Shown here in pieces: positions 15,231-25,091 of a stretch of DNA of 64,000 bases. This DNA comes from a virus: IMG/VR virus record IMGVR_UViG_3300042448_001253, positions 1 to 64,000 of that record; one strand, 5' to 3'. The notes beneath the pieces were generated by a model. The model made no database searches. It was not told where the DNA came from and saw only the letters and a list, made by a program, of their open reading frames with translations. The position numbers were made by a program, and so were the translations under genes. How positions within the stretch are numbered: position 1 is the first letter of the stretch; every line of letters starts with the position of its first letter.

Positions 15231-17843
15231 ATGCCAAGAAGTATATTAACCCCCTTCACGTTTAGTACCGGTGGCAATACAATCACCAGTCATGGTGCTG
15301 CGATAATCCCGCTTGCTATTCGAGGTAGTTCAACAACCCCTACCTCAGATTTACTATCTATTCAAACCAACGGCGGCACACCTCTTTCTGGATTTGACTC
15401 CGCTGCAAATCTATTTGTAAACAAAACGTCATACGGAACAAGTATCGTTTCTTCAGGACCAGCAAACGTTACTTTTTGGAAAATAGCCACACTTCCAGCA
15501 ACAAGTGCCGGAACTTTTGACCACCTAGTGCTAGATGTAGTTTTAGATGACAACTGGGGCTCTGCTCAAAAAGTAACCGCTAAAATACTTTTTTCAAACA
15601 GAGACGCGTTTACATTTAGATACTACCTAAACGGTACTGTAAGGTCGGCTGCTAGAGTTCTTGCATACACCGAATCAAACGGCACCGTATCTATCTACCT
15701 TAGAGCAGGAAATGGAAACTTCTGTACTTTTTCTTACAACATCACTCACGGTGTTGACGCAAACCTTTCAATACCTAAAAACCCAGCGTCTACAACTACT
15801 ACCCCAACAGGCACTCTAGCTTTTGATAGCTCTAACATAGGTACCTATGTTCCAGAGTCTTACATTCCATACACAGGTCAACCTATTATTCGTGGACTTG
15901 TAAACAGCTCAGGCACCGTAAGCGGTGCATCTTTTGTTAGGTCTGGAGGTACAACAAACCAGTTCCTCAAAGCTAACGGTGACGTAGACTCGAACACATA
16001 CCTACCAACGACATCTAGCTATTTTGCTGGGCATAACCCAGAAGGTAGGTTGATGTACAACACCTACCTTACAAACGATATGGCCAACGCTAGGCTTCGT
16101 GGTTCTGCAGTTGCTGCTACACAAAATGGTAGTGCCTATACAATCTCAAACGCCAACTGGGATGCAATGTTTGATGGCACAGCTACCTTCTTCAACATTA
16201 GCCCGACTAGCGGATTCACCTTCCCACTAGTTATTACTGTCCCACTGCCTAGAACTTTGACCTACGGAACATGGATTGGACTTAGCTTTGGAAGCACAAC
16301 TTTCCGAGCTAACAGCGTTACTATCGAAGTATTCTCTTTGGACAGCAGTTCTTGGGTAACTGTATTTACAACCACAACAAACACCAGCGAAGACATATTT
16401 ACTTCTGTATCAGGACTAACAAACTCAAACGCTACTGGTATTAACCAAGTTCGCTACACTATTTCATCTCCTAACAGCACTCAACTTAGACTTCAGCATC
16501 TGTGGGCATACAACTTTAACTCTGACATGTGGTCACAGACTATGATGCCTCGTGCTGGAGGAACTATGTACGGAGCACTCACCGTACCAGACAGGATAAC
16601 CCTAAAAGCCGTAGCAAATGCCGCAAATCAGTCTAATGGTCTGCTTCTTTCCAATGCCGTCGATGCGTGGCAATCAGGAGTATACCTAAGAACAGATGGT
16701 AGCGGAAACCCTAGACTTTCACTTCTTGCTCCAACAGGGGCTTTAGGTGAAGCAGTCAGCGTTGATTCTGCAGCTAAGGTCGGTATCGGTAACGTTGCTC
16801 CCGTTGCTCAGTTGGATGTTTATAGTCAGGCTGCTGCTCGTGTGGGTCAAGTTATTCGTGGTGCTACATCTCAGACTGCAGACATCCTACAAATCCAGTC
16901 ATCCGCTGGAACTGTTTTAGGTGGGCATAATCGTATAGGCCAGCTGTTTACAGGAACCACCACTCCAATACTTTCTTCTACCGGCGGAATAATTCAGTCT
17001 ATTGCTACAGGTGCTAACCCCCTAGTAACTATGGCTTCGGCACATGGGCTTACTACAGGAGATTTAGTTACTCTTGCATCGACAACAGGTGGAACTTACA
17101 ACGGAACTTTTGTTGTGGCATCAACGCCACTAACAACAACTTTTACTATTACCACTGCCCTCACTACAGGTCAAGCAGGCACTGGTGGTATCGTTACTAG
17201 CCCAGTACAAGCTTCTATCACCGCTCGGTCTGCTAGCACTACAGGTTTGATTGTTCGTGGTGCAGCAAGTCAGATAGCCAGCGTTCAAGAGTGGCAGAAC
17301 TCCAGCGGAACAGTTACAGGCTACGTTCGCCCTGACGGCAATGCCATAATTTTTGGTGGTGTAGAGGCAACGTACTACATGACTACTACCGCTGGAACAA
17401 CAAGTAACGTTCCTATGACAGTCTATGGACAGGCTTCGCATACATCAAATCTCCAAGAGTGGCGAAGGCTAACCGAAGGAACTCCTAGGGCCTTTATTAC
17501 TCCTACGGGCAACATGGTATATCACGTTGATACTAATCCTAGAACAGCCAACTACACTCTGGCCCTGGTTGACGATGGCGACGTAGTTGAAATGAACGTG
17601 GCTTCAGCAAACACCGTAACCATTCCACTAAACTCGTCAGTTGCCTTTCCGATAGGAACGCAGATTACAGTTATCCAAACTGGTACTGGGCAAACAAGCA
17701 TTGCAGTTACTTCTGGGGTTACTCTAAACGCCACTCCTGTTACAGGCACTAACAACGCAAAACTTCGTGCACAATGGTCTTCGCTAACCCTACTCAAGCG
17801 TGGCACCGATACTTGGATAGCCATGGGCGATTTGACCGCATAA
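15231..17843 (+). CDS. Tail fibre / receptor-binding protein
   Basis: Repeated GATSQTADILQIQ / GQASHTSNLQEW units, one HGL..GD module, C-terminal FPIGTQI..IQ.G.G domain. Confidence 0.8.
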   Translation: MPRSILTPFTFSTGGNTITSHGAAIIPLAIRGSSTTPTSDLLSIQTNGGTPLSGFDSAANLFVNKTSYGTSIVSSGPANVTFWKIATLPATSAGTFDHLVLDVVLDDNWGSAQKVTAKILFSNRDAFTFRYYLNGTVRSAARVLAYTESNGTVSIYLRAGNGNFCTFSYNITHGVDANLSIPKNPASTTTTPTGTLAFDSSNIGTYVPESYIPYTGQPIIRGLVNSSGTVSGASFVRSGGTTNQFLKANGDVDSNTYLPTTSSYFAGHNPEGRLMYNTYLTNDMANARLRGSAVAATQNGSAYTISNANWDAMFDGTATFFNISPTSGFTFPLVITVPLPRTLTYGTWIGLSFGSTTFRANSVTIEVFSLDSSSWVTVFTTTTNTSEDIFTSVSGLTNSNATGINQVRYTISSPNSTQLRLQHLWAYNFNSDMWSQTMMPRAGGTMYGALTVPDRITLKAVANAANQSNGLLLSNAVDAWQSGVYLRTDGSGNPRLSLLAPTGALGEAVSVDSAAKVGIGNVAPVAQLDVYSQAAARVGQVIRGATSQTADILQIQSSAGTVLGGHNRIGQLFTGTTTPILSSTGGIIQSIATGANPLVTMASAHGLTTGDLVTLASTTGGTYNGTFVVASTPLTTTFTITTALTTGQAGTGGIVTSPVQASITARSASTTGLIVRGAASQIASVQEWQNSSGTVTGYVRPDGNAIIFGGVEATYYMTTTAGTTSNVPMTVYGQASHTSNLQEWRRLTEGTPRAFITPTGNMVYHVDTNPRTANYTLALVDDGDVVEMNVASANTVTIPLNSSVAFPIGTQITVIQTGTGQTSIAVTSGVTLNATPVTGTNNAKLRAQWSSLTLLKRGTDTWIAMGDLTA

Positions 17844-18301
17844 TGGCACTAAATGGTAGTATTGCCTCTTCGAATGGTAAGGCCCCTGGTGCCCCCACCA
17901 TAGGTACAGCAACGGCTGGAGCAGGAAATGCAACCGTAGCATTTACGGCTCCTGCCTACAGAGGAAAAGGAGACTCTATCTCTAACTACACTGCCACATC
18001 CTCTCCTAGCGGAATTACAGGCAATAGTTCAACTAGCCCCATTACGGTAAGCGGATTAGCCACAGGCACTTCTTATACATTTACTGTTACTGCAACTGCA
18101 ATTTCTGCGGGTATCATAGTTACAGGACCTCCTTCAGCAGCAAGTAACTCGGTTACAATTTCATCGGGAGCGACGTTAAGAAGATGTACATCTACACAAA
18201 TTAGTTTCGGTTGTTGTCAATCCACAGGCGAGTGTGGAGCACTTGGTGCTGGAGCAACATGTAGCCCAGCAGTCGGAGTTTTCTTCGAAGAGGCATGTTA
18301 G
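17843..18301 (+). CDS. Fibronectin type III-domain virion protein with Cys-rich tail
   Basis: PGAPTIGTATAG...ITVSGLATGTSYTFTVTA...PSAASNSVT; start at TAATG overlap; six Cys in the last 40 aa. Confidence 0.75.
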   Translation: MALNGSIASSNGKAPGAPTIGTATAGAGNATVAFTAPAYRGKGDSISNYTATSSPSGITGNSSTSPITVSGLATGTSYTFTVTATAISAGIIVTGPPSAASNSVTISSGATLRRCTSTQISFGCCQSTGECGALGAGATCSPAVGVFFEEAC

Positions 18302-18310
18302 GATAATAAA

Positions 18311-18712
18311 ATGCTTACAGACAACTCTCTTGAATTCGTACACACAGGAGTAAATGGCGTACCGCTAGTTTGGGTCATAGACACCCAATGCGTTTATGAC
18401 TTACCACTTTCTGTAGAACATGCCGCTATCTTTACAGGGGCAGATGAAGTAGTAGACATCTCAGACGACTACCCAGAACACGCAGGAGTTACCGTCAGAT
18501 TGTTAAAAAACGGCGAGGTCCTAGAAGAACTTCAGACCTCGGATTACTTCGGTAGCATCTTGCTAAGTAACCCTCAAGTTTTAGTTTTAACTGCCTATCC
18601 TTACGGGATGTATGTTGAATCTCCAAATGCTCTTTTTGTAGATGGGGAATTTGTAATACTAGATACAGATATGTCAGGATTGGAGCCGTTCCATCGTGAC
18701 CACGGAGCCTAA
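18311..18712 (+). CDS. Hypothetical protein
   Basis: AGGA site; co-oriented in the tail-fibre module. Confidence 0.7.
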   Translation: MLTDNSLEFVHTGVNGVPLVWVIDTQCVYDLPLSVEHAAIFTGADEVVDISDDYPEHAGVTVRLLKNGEVLEELQTSDYFGSILLSNPQVLVLTAYPYGMYVESPNALFVDGEFVILDTDMSGLEPFHRDHGA

Positions 18713-18938
18713 GAAGTCCCGCTGGGAGCAGTACAAAGAAAAGAATGGCGTAACGCCGCTAGACCTGCTAAACCCTAAGACCCGTAAGATTGACGAAAGC
18801 CATGCCGAGGGAAGAATGGCTATTTGTAGCGCTTGCCCAGAGCTAATCAAGAATTTAAATCAATGTAAGCAATGCGGCTGTTTTATGGAATTCAAGACAA
18901 AGTTAGAAGCGGCCAAGTGCCCGCTTGGTAAGTGGTAG
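18696..18938 (+). CDS. Small Cys-rich metal-binding protein (DUF6171-like)
   Basis: RMAICSACP...QCKQCGCFM..KTKL...CPLGKW. Confidence 0.7.
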   Translation: MTTEPKKSRWEQYKEKNGVTPLDLLNPKTRKIDESHAEGRMAICSACPELIKNLNQCKQCGCFMEFKTKLEAAKCPLGKW

Positions 18939-18942
18939 TAGA

Positions 18943-19095
18943 CTACTTTTCTTTAGTTCTAGGTTCCTGTTCAGGAAGCCTGACGAACACGACTCCGTCA
19001 TGTTTCATCTCGCAGCAGCGAGCTAGCTTATCTACTACAAAACGCTCTTTACATACAGAGCACATGTTTGAAGAATTACTATCAGATTTAGACAT
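18943..19095 (-). CDS. Small zinc-finger-like protein (50 aa, MSKSDSNSSNMCSVCKERFVVDKLARCCEMKH...), not in the ORF track
   Basis: Read manually; CxxC-x11-C-x4-H; AATAGG upstream. Confidence 0.6.
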   Translation of the reverse strand: MSKSDSNSSNMCSVCKERFVVDKLARCCEMKHDGVVFVRLPEQEPRTKEK

Positions 19096-19164
19096 AGACC
19101 TATTTCTAGATATAAAGTTATGCCTTAATTATCTCACACCTTGACGGCATCGACGGTAGAAAGA

Positions 19165-19182
19165 AACCGCCTTTCGGCGGTT
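19165..19182 (-). terminator. Intrinsic terminator
   Basis: AACCGCC-GAAA-GGCGGTT followed by TCTTTCT on the minus strand. Confidence 0.75.
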
Positions 19183-19188
19183 ATCTTA

Positions 19189-19962
19189 TTACTTCTTTTT
19201 CTTCTCAGCTTCTTCGTCTATAGCGTTTACCTGACCGATTTCCAGGGTTGCAAGGAGCATACCGCTAAAGTTGTACTCACCCGCATGTGAGATACGTACC
19301 CACGGGGCAGCCCAAACTTCTCCGCCAATCTCTCGCCACATGCGGCAGAAAGCATAGTCTTCAGATAGAAGAATTCTTTCAGGTTCAGGGGTAACCATAG
19401 TCTTGAAATACTCAACGATTTCCTGACCAAAAGGAACAATGTCTCCGATGGTGTTGAATTTGTAACTTTCACAAACGGCTTTTAGTTGCTCAAACACGGT
19501 ACGACGAATAAACATCATTCCAGTACCAATGTCTTTTACTCTAAACGGCTCATTTGATTTAAATGTTTGTTCTTCGTCTAAGAAGTTGATAGCAAAAAGT
19601 CCAGAATAAAGTTCTAAATCCTCTTTACCAGCAAGAGCAGCTTTACGAACATTGTTCCAGTCGATAGCCTTCATTGGATACGGTGCACCAATAAGGTCTT
19701 TACCAGATTCAATCATGGCAACGATATCTTCCGCAACAAAACCATGGTCGGCATCGATAAACAAAAGAGCATCAAAGTCAGTCTTCATAAACTCATTAGC
19801 AAGAGTGTTTCTTGCTCTAGTAACCAAACTCTCGTTAGTGATAGATGTGTGAGTTACTGTGTGGCCCTTAGCTGCAAGTTCCCTGCTCAAGTCAGAGATA
19901 CCAGCGACATATACGCTCTTAGCCATACCACCGTACATCGGAGTTGCAATAAAAATTTTCAT
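19189..19962 (-). CDS. GT-A fold glycosyltransferase-like protein
   Basis: MKIFIATPMYGG, SLVTRARN, LFIDAD, IGTGMMFIRR, LSEDYAFC, H.GEY.F. Confidence 0.8.
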   Translation of the reverse strand: MKIFIATPMYGGMAKSVYVAGISDLSRELAAKGHTVTHTSITNESLVTRARNTLANEFMKTDFDALLFIDADHGFVAEDIVAMIESGKDLIGAPYPMKAIDWNNVRKAALAGKEDLELYSGLFAINFLDEEQTFKSNEPFRVKDIGTGMMFIRRTVFEQLKAVCESYKFNTIGDIVPFGQEIVEYFKTMVTPEPERILLSEDYAFCRMWREIGGEVWAAPWVRISHAGEYNFSGMLLATLEIGQVNAIDEEAEKKKK

Positions 19963-20055
19963 AATAACCTCAGTCTAATTTGGGTTGCGAGGGGTTGAGT
20001 ATCTCTCCCAACCCCTCGTTGTGCCTCTCTCCCAAGGAGCACATTTGTATCTTAC

Positions 20056-20070
20056 ATCACTGTGAGTGAT
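20056..20070. promoter_or_regulatory. Operator-like palindrome ATCACT-GTG-AGTGAT abutting a TAAGAT -10
   Basis: Perfect 6-3-6 dyad just upstream of the -10 (20049-20054, minus strand). Confidence 0.45.
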
Positions 20071-20090
20071 ATAGACATCCTAACACACTA

Positions 20091-22706
20091 CTAAAAGTTC
20101 TTAGCGAACCTAGTAGCAGTGCTCCAGTCAACCCCACCGCTGGCAACAGCCTTAGGTATAAGCATCATGTTTAGAATCTCGGCTCTAGAGCCCTGACCCT
20201 CAACAGCCAACCCACGGTCAGCAAGTTTACGGTGGAAAGCAATTTGAGTCATAGGACGCTCACCACGGTCTTCGCTCCATAGGCGATAGACACCAAAAAG
20301 AGCCTTGATGCTAAGTGCAGCACCCTCAGACACTTTGGTTTCTTCATCCAAGAACAGACCGATTCTATCCTCGTTCTTACGATAGATGTCAGCAGCCTCT
20401 CTAACAACAGAACACCAACCAAGCGGGTCTCTCTCACTAGAGTTTAGATACTTCACAGCACCCTCAACTGCCCATGAAAGAACAGCAGGTAGACCACCGT
20501 CTGGGTCGAACAAGTATGCCTTTAGGTCTGGGTCTGGCTTTTCTGGAATGTTAGTAAGAGGGATAGGACGAATACGACGCCACATCGCATCATCTGTAAT
20601 AACAGGTCTGTGGTTTGTAGTAACCCACAACTTACCCTGAGCCTCAAATGTAAACGGCTTTTCACCCGGAGAACGAGCAGAGATTTCAGATGAACCAGTA
20701 AGTTTTTTTACAGAGTTTTCTTTTAGACGTTCAGTCTCAGGCAACTCGTCAACCCAAATCATACGACGACCACGCAACTCTGCCCAGTGGTACTGGTCAG
20801 ACTGGTTAGCACGTCCATCTCCTTGTGCAAGAACGCTAGAGTCAAGGGGCCATGCGTACTCCTGAGTACCAAGAGCCTTGACAACAGTTTCAACAAATGT
20901 GTTCTTACCAGAACCCGGAGGACCATAAACCAAGAACATGATGTCCTGAGTTTTGAATCCGCTTAGGGTATATCCAACTGCACGCTGTAGCCAGTCTTGA
21001 AGTTCTTTATCTCCACCAGTAGCAAAGTCAATGAACTGCTCCCAACGAACGTTGCGAAGTCCCGGAGTGTAAGCAACAGGTGCACGACGAGTTATGTACA
21101 AGTCTGGGCGACCACGAAGTAGTTCACCAGTACGCAAGTCGATTACACCGTTAGAAACACCAAGCATGTTGGAGTCGCCGTCCCACTGCTTTACACCGAC
21201 AACGACACGTGTGTCAGAGTTTGCACTCTTAATCATGTTCACTAGACGGCTATTAGATTTAGCCTGCTGTGCCCACTTAACTATGTCCTGCTTTTTCTGC
21301 TGGTCTCCATCTCCATAGTTGGAAACTTCGCTAGCAATAATCGGAGAAATACGTTTTGCAAGTTCGCTAATCTCTAGTTCTTCAATATCTGGTTTCCAGT
21401 ACTGACCAGTCCAGTGGAACCATCCAAGTCCAGGAGTGTAACGAACAGCAGAGCCATAAGTATCAATTAGACGACGACCATTACCGACATCAGTTAGAGT
21501 ACGAAATCCTGGAGTACCGCCATCTTCAGCATCAATTGCGTCAGGGTCGCCAGGAATATCAATGTTGCCACCACTAGACGCATCGCTAGCAGACATGCCA
21601 TCCGACACCATGCGAGTAACAGCCATACCAACAGCATTAGCAACAGGTGCAGCAGTAGAACTTTGGTTACTAGCAATTAAAGCATTGCTCTCTGCCTGCG
21701 ATTGTTCAGCCCACTTCTTACCTTGCTCCCAGTCTTTTAGTCCAGGCCAGATGCGGTCCGTCTTTGGGTTGTCAGCAATAAAATCCATTGCACGTCTTGT
21801 GTGCATAAGTAGAGAGTTAGGACCCTCAAGTTCCATAGGGGGGCGAACTTTTTCGTGGTTGAAACGAATCATCATTGTCTCAATCATCATGCGAGCCTCT
21901 GGAGTAGTTCCAAACTTACTTGCAAGTGAGCACGCTAAACGATAGATGTCTACAGCACGAGAGCCTTCAGAAATACCTTCTTCAAGCATCTTTTGAGTGT
22001 CAACTCTTTCGCCAGAGAATTCAAGACCGTCCATCCAGTCCCAGTTGCCCTCGGTGTAGCTAGTTGATTTGCGTCTACCCTTACGAAGAAAACCTAGAAG
22101 TTCTTCAGGAGCCTCTGCCATTTCGATTTCCCAAGGTGCTTTACCCGGAGCCCAGTCATAAGTGGTTCCAGAAAAGTGTCTCGACGGAGCAACAAGAACG
22201 TATCCGTTGTGCTTGATGTCAACACCCTTTAGTCCAGCCTTGAGAAGATTTCCAACAAGTTGTTCTTCGGAATCTGCTTTGTAGTAAAGGTGTCTACCAC
22301 GTACAACTTTTCCGTTGATGCTGTACTCACCTGTGATTGCTTCAACAGTAGGAGGGAGTGCACCCTCAACTAATCTTTCAAATTCTTCATAACTATCTGT
22401 TCCACCAGAACGTGGGTCAATGTCAATGACAAAGAATCCAGACGGCTGACAGAAAACACCGATGTTGTAGTTAGGGTTTTTACCCCACCATCCATCTACA
22501 TCGTGAACTTCACTTGTGGCGTTAATATTCCATTCGCCGATGGCTGGGTGCTTACCAATATCTTTAGAGTCGCCATGTTGGCTATTGCAAGTACAACGTC
22601 CCCCATCGTCGATACCGTGAACTGGAAGAATCTTCCAACCGTTTTTTGCGTACCACTGGGCACCTTTTATAAGACGCCCGTTACTTGCTGATTCCCATGA
22701 AGCCAT
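20091..22706 (-). CDS. Bifunctional primase-polymerase fused to D5/P4-type SF3 helicase
   Basis: Prim-Pol motifs (NIGV, VIDIDPR, GRHLYY, VDIK..GYVLVAPS); Walker A GPPGSGKNT; WVDE; WVTTNH.P. Confidence 0.92.
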   Translation of the reverse strand: MASWESASNGRLIKGAQWYAKNGWKILPVHGIDDGGRCTCNSQHGDSKDIGKHPAIGEWNINATSEVHDVDGWWGKNPNYNIGVFCQPSGFFVIDIDPRSGGTDSYEEFERLVEGALPPTVEAITGEYSINGKVVRGRHLYYKADSEEQLVGNLLKAGLKGVDIKHNGYVLVAPSRHFSGTTYDWAPGKAPWEIEMAEAPEELLGFLRKGRRKSTSYTEGNWDWMDGLEFSGERVDTQKMLEEGISEGSRAVDIYRLACSLASKFGTTPEARMMIETMMIRFNHEKVRPPMELEGPNSLLMHTRRAMDFIADNPKTDRIWPGLKDWEQGKKWAEQSQAESNALIASNQSSTAAPVANAVGMAVTRMVSDGMSASDASSGGNIDIPGDPDAIDAEDGGTPGFRTLTDVGNGRRLIDTYGSAVRYTPGLGWFHWTGQYWKPDIEELEISELAKRISPIIASEVSNYGDGDQQKKQDIVKWAQQAKSNSRLVNMIKSANSDTRVVVGVKQWDGDSNMLGVSNGVIDLRTGELLRGRPDLYITRRAPVAYTPGLRNVRWEQFIDFATGGDKELQDWLQRAVGYTLSGFKTQDIMFLVYGPPGSGKNTFVETVVKALGTQEYAWPLDSSVLAQGDGRANQSDQYHWAELRGRRMIWVDELPETERLKENSVKKLTGSSEISARSPGEKPFTFEAQGKLWVTTNHRPVITDDAMWRRIRPIPLTNIPEKPDPDLKAYLFDPDGGLPAVLSWAVEGAVKYLNSSERDPLGWCSVVREAADIYRKNEDRIGLFLDEETKVSEGAALSIKALFGVYRLWSEDRGERPMTQIAFHRKLADRGLAVEGQGSRAEILNMMLIPKAVASGGVDWSTATRFAKNF

Positions 22707-22765
22707 GGATACACCACCTCTGTGTCATTGTATAAGTCAATATACTTCTCGTATCTGCTTACAAC

Positions 22766-22793
22766 ATAATACACAAGAACGGACCAGTTGCAA
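22766..22793 (-). promoter_or_regulatory. SigA-type promoter TTGCAA-N16-TATTAT
   Basis: Upstream of the primase-helicase gene, which has a GAGGTG site. Confidence 0.55.
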
Positions 22794-22944
22794 GCATTAA
22801 ATGGATTAATTGCTGAAAAAAGTGTAAAAACACTAACTGACCGAGAGTGGTTGACCTAACAACCTGCCGAATCAGGGCGACCCAAATAGGGTAAAATTGT
22901 AGGAACGAAACTAACCGCTACTACCAGGAATACTAGTATAACTC

Positions 22945-23295
22945 ATGGCCATGGACCCTATTCTAACTATTGCAGCAAGTATTACAGCTATCGGAGTCAT
23001 CATTGGTGGCATTGTTGCAACATACAGACTAGCACGAAAAATCAACGACTCTATCGGATTAGACGCGCAAGGCCGAACTTTGTCTGAAAGATTAGGCAGA
23101 GTAGAACACCAGCTCTGGCCAAACGGCGGAAGTTCACTAGCCGACCAAGTACACGCTAGCTCAGATATGGCTAAAGAAACAGCAGTAGAAGTTCGTTTTA
23201 TCAAACAAATGCTTTTAGCATCTAACCCAACCTACACTCCTGCAGAAGAAGTTACACCGCTAAAACCAAAAAGGACACGCCGTAAAGCTAGCTAA
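22945..23295 (+). CDS. Membrane protein with NGGSS motif (lysis-associated type)
   Basis: N-terminal TM helix, then RLGRVEHQLWPNGGSSLAD. Confidence 0.6.
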   Translation: MAMDPILTIAASITAIGVIIGGIVATYRLARKINDSIGLDAQGRTLSERLGRVEHQLWPNGGSSLADQVHASSDMAKETAVEVRFIKQMLLASNPTYTPAEEVTPLKPKRTRRKAS

Positions 23296-23366
23296 CAAAC
23301 ACTAGACAACCACTTGAAGGTTGTAGTAGACTAACAGAGACATATACACAGTACGAAAGGAAAAGT

Positions 23367-23636
23367 ATGTCTTTATCTAATCGACTAAAAGAAGCAAGCA
23401 CTCAAGCAGAAAACATTCTGTGCAAGGTCGGCTCCATTATGGTTAGCGACAAAATTACTAAAGAAGAAAAAACGCAACTAGAAGCAATTCTTCATACTCC
23501 AATAGATTATCCGGGTAGGGTATCGAGCTCGGAACTAAATAAGATTTTTCGTGAAGAAGGCTTTGACGTTTCAATAAGCTCATTTGATAGACACCGTGCT
23601 GGACGTTGCTCTTGCGCTAGAAAGATAAAACAATGA
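23367..23636 (+). CDS. Small putative DNA-binding protein
   Basis: SSSELNKIFREEGFDVS.SSFDRHR...CSC; ATGA overlap with the nuclease gene. Confidence 0.6.
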   Translation: MSLSNRLKEASTQAENILCKVGSIMVSDKITKEEKTQLEAILHTPIDYPGRVSSSELNKIFREEGFDVSISSFDRHRAGRCSCARKIKQ

Positions 23637-24829
23637 GCCTAGACGACAAACTCAAAAAACTAGTTGACCCCGGTCGAACTGGTTCCGATGTCAAAGCTCT
23701 AAATACTCCAGAAGAGTGGCGTCCCCGAATGGACGTTGACGACTCTAAGGGTGGATTTGTAATCTCTAAGCCGAGACCATCTTCAGAAATCCCAGACGCA
23801 CAAACTGTACTGACTGAGTTTGGTTTGAATCCAAACGACTGGACAGTTACTTCTATGCGTAGAGGTAAGTGGCAAACTTATCACGGCGAATGGCTAGAGT
23901 CAGTTCGTGTAAACCTAGTCCCTGTCGGAACATCTCTAGCAGACCAACTAGACGCCGAAAAACTTGCTGACGAAATTCGCAAGTGGCGACCAGCAACCGG
24001 AATCAAACAGTCCACTGGAAACGGCTCATTTCTCGTTGTCCCTAGCGACCAGCAAATCGGTAAGAAAGCAAACGGACAAGGAACTGCTCAGTCTGTAGAA
24101 AGAATTCTTCACCTTACCGAAGCATCAGTAGAGCGTTATAAGCACTACAAAAAGCTAGGTCTCGACTTGGGAACAATCACACTTGCTCTTCCGGGAGACC
24201 ACGTTGAAGGAAACGTTTCTCAAGGTGGACGACTGCAAGGTCTAGCATCTTCAGACCTAGGACTAACAGAGCAAGTGCGTGTTGCACGTCGCTTGCTTAT
24301 GGCACAAATCAAAGCATTAGCACCTCTTGCTGAAAATATGATTGTTCCTGTAATCAACGGAAACCACGACGAGGTAACTCGTCAAGTTGCAGCAGACCCT
24401 GCAGACGGATGGAACGTTGAGATTGCATCAGCAGTACAAGATGCCTGTGCAGAGAATCCAGCACTACAGCACATCGAGTTCCGTTATCCAGCATCTGGAC
24501 ATCAGACTTTGACTGTAGATATTTGCGGAACTATGCTTGGACTTTTCCACGGCCACCAGTCAAGAGACCCGCTAAAGTATCTATCTGGTCAAGCAGCAGG
24601 ACAGACTGCACTTGGTAATGCAGACGTCTGGGTATCTGGGCACTACCACAACTTCAAGTGCATGGATATCAGCCAAAGATTCTGGGTACAAGCCCCGACA
24701 ACTGACCCAGGTTCAGAGTGGTTCCGAGACCGAGCAGGTATGGAATCGAAGCCAGGACTACTTACCATGGTTATTGGTGGAGACTACGACCCACGAGAGT
24801 TTTTATCGGTAATCCCAGTAAGACTCTAA
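23633..24829 (+). CDS. Calcineurin-like metallophosphoesterase (Mre11/SbcD-like)
   Basis: DQQIGK, GDHVEG, GNHDE, HGH, GHYH. Confidence 0.8.
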   Translation: MSLDDKLKKLVDPGRTGSDVKALNTPEEWRPRMDVDDSKGGFVISKPRPSSEIPDAQTVLTEFGLNPNDWTVTSMRRGKWQTYHGEWLESVRVNLVPVGTSLADQLDAEKLADEIRKWRPATGIKQSTGNGSFLVVPSDQQIGKKANGQGTAQSVERILHLTEASVERYKHYKKLGLDLGTITLALPGDHVEGNVSQGGRLQGLASSDLGLTEQVRVARRLLMAQIKALAPLAENMIVPVINGNHDEVTRQVAADPADGWNVEIASAVQDACAENPALQHIEFRYPASGHQTLTVDICGTMLGLFHGHQSRDPLKYLSGQAAGQTALGNADVWVSGHYHNFKCMDISQRFWVQAPTTDPGSEWFRDRAGMESKPGLLTMVIGGDYDPREFLSVIPVRL

Positions 24830-24884
24830 AAAACGCTATACAATAGATATGTAATACCCCACAAGACAAGTTAGGAAAGACAAT

Positions 24885-25091
24885 ATGTCCCAAGACGCAC
24901 CAACCCCAGAAGCTGAACTAGAGTACGTAACTAACGTACTAGAACTAACTCGCAACCAGCTAAGCAGAGCGATGAACGCTACAACTGAGCTAGAGGCTTT
25001 AGTTACTTTTGAACGTAAGCGTAACGCTGAATTAGAAGCAAAGATTGCCGAGCTGGAATCAGCAAAAGCAAAACCTGCCACTGATAAATAA
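24885..25091 (+). CDS. Small coiled-coil protein
   Basis: Heptad-like helix; AGGAAAG site. Confidence 0.7.
   Translation: MSQDAPTPEAELEYVTNVLELTRNQLSRAMNATTELEALVTFERKRNAELEAKIAELESAKAKPATDK

Noticed and set aside
12034-17843. Diversity-generating retroelement or fibre-inversion cassette
   Set aside because: No reverse transcriptase, no template/variable repeat pair and no inverted repeats around fibre ends were seen.
18932-19144. Plus-strand 70-aa ORF
   Set aside because: No recognisable features; antisense to a better minus-strand zinc-finger ORF (18943-19095).
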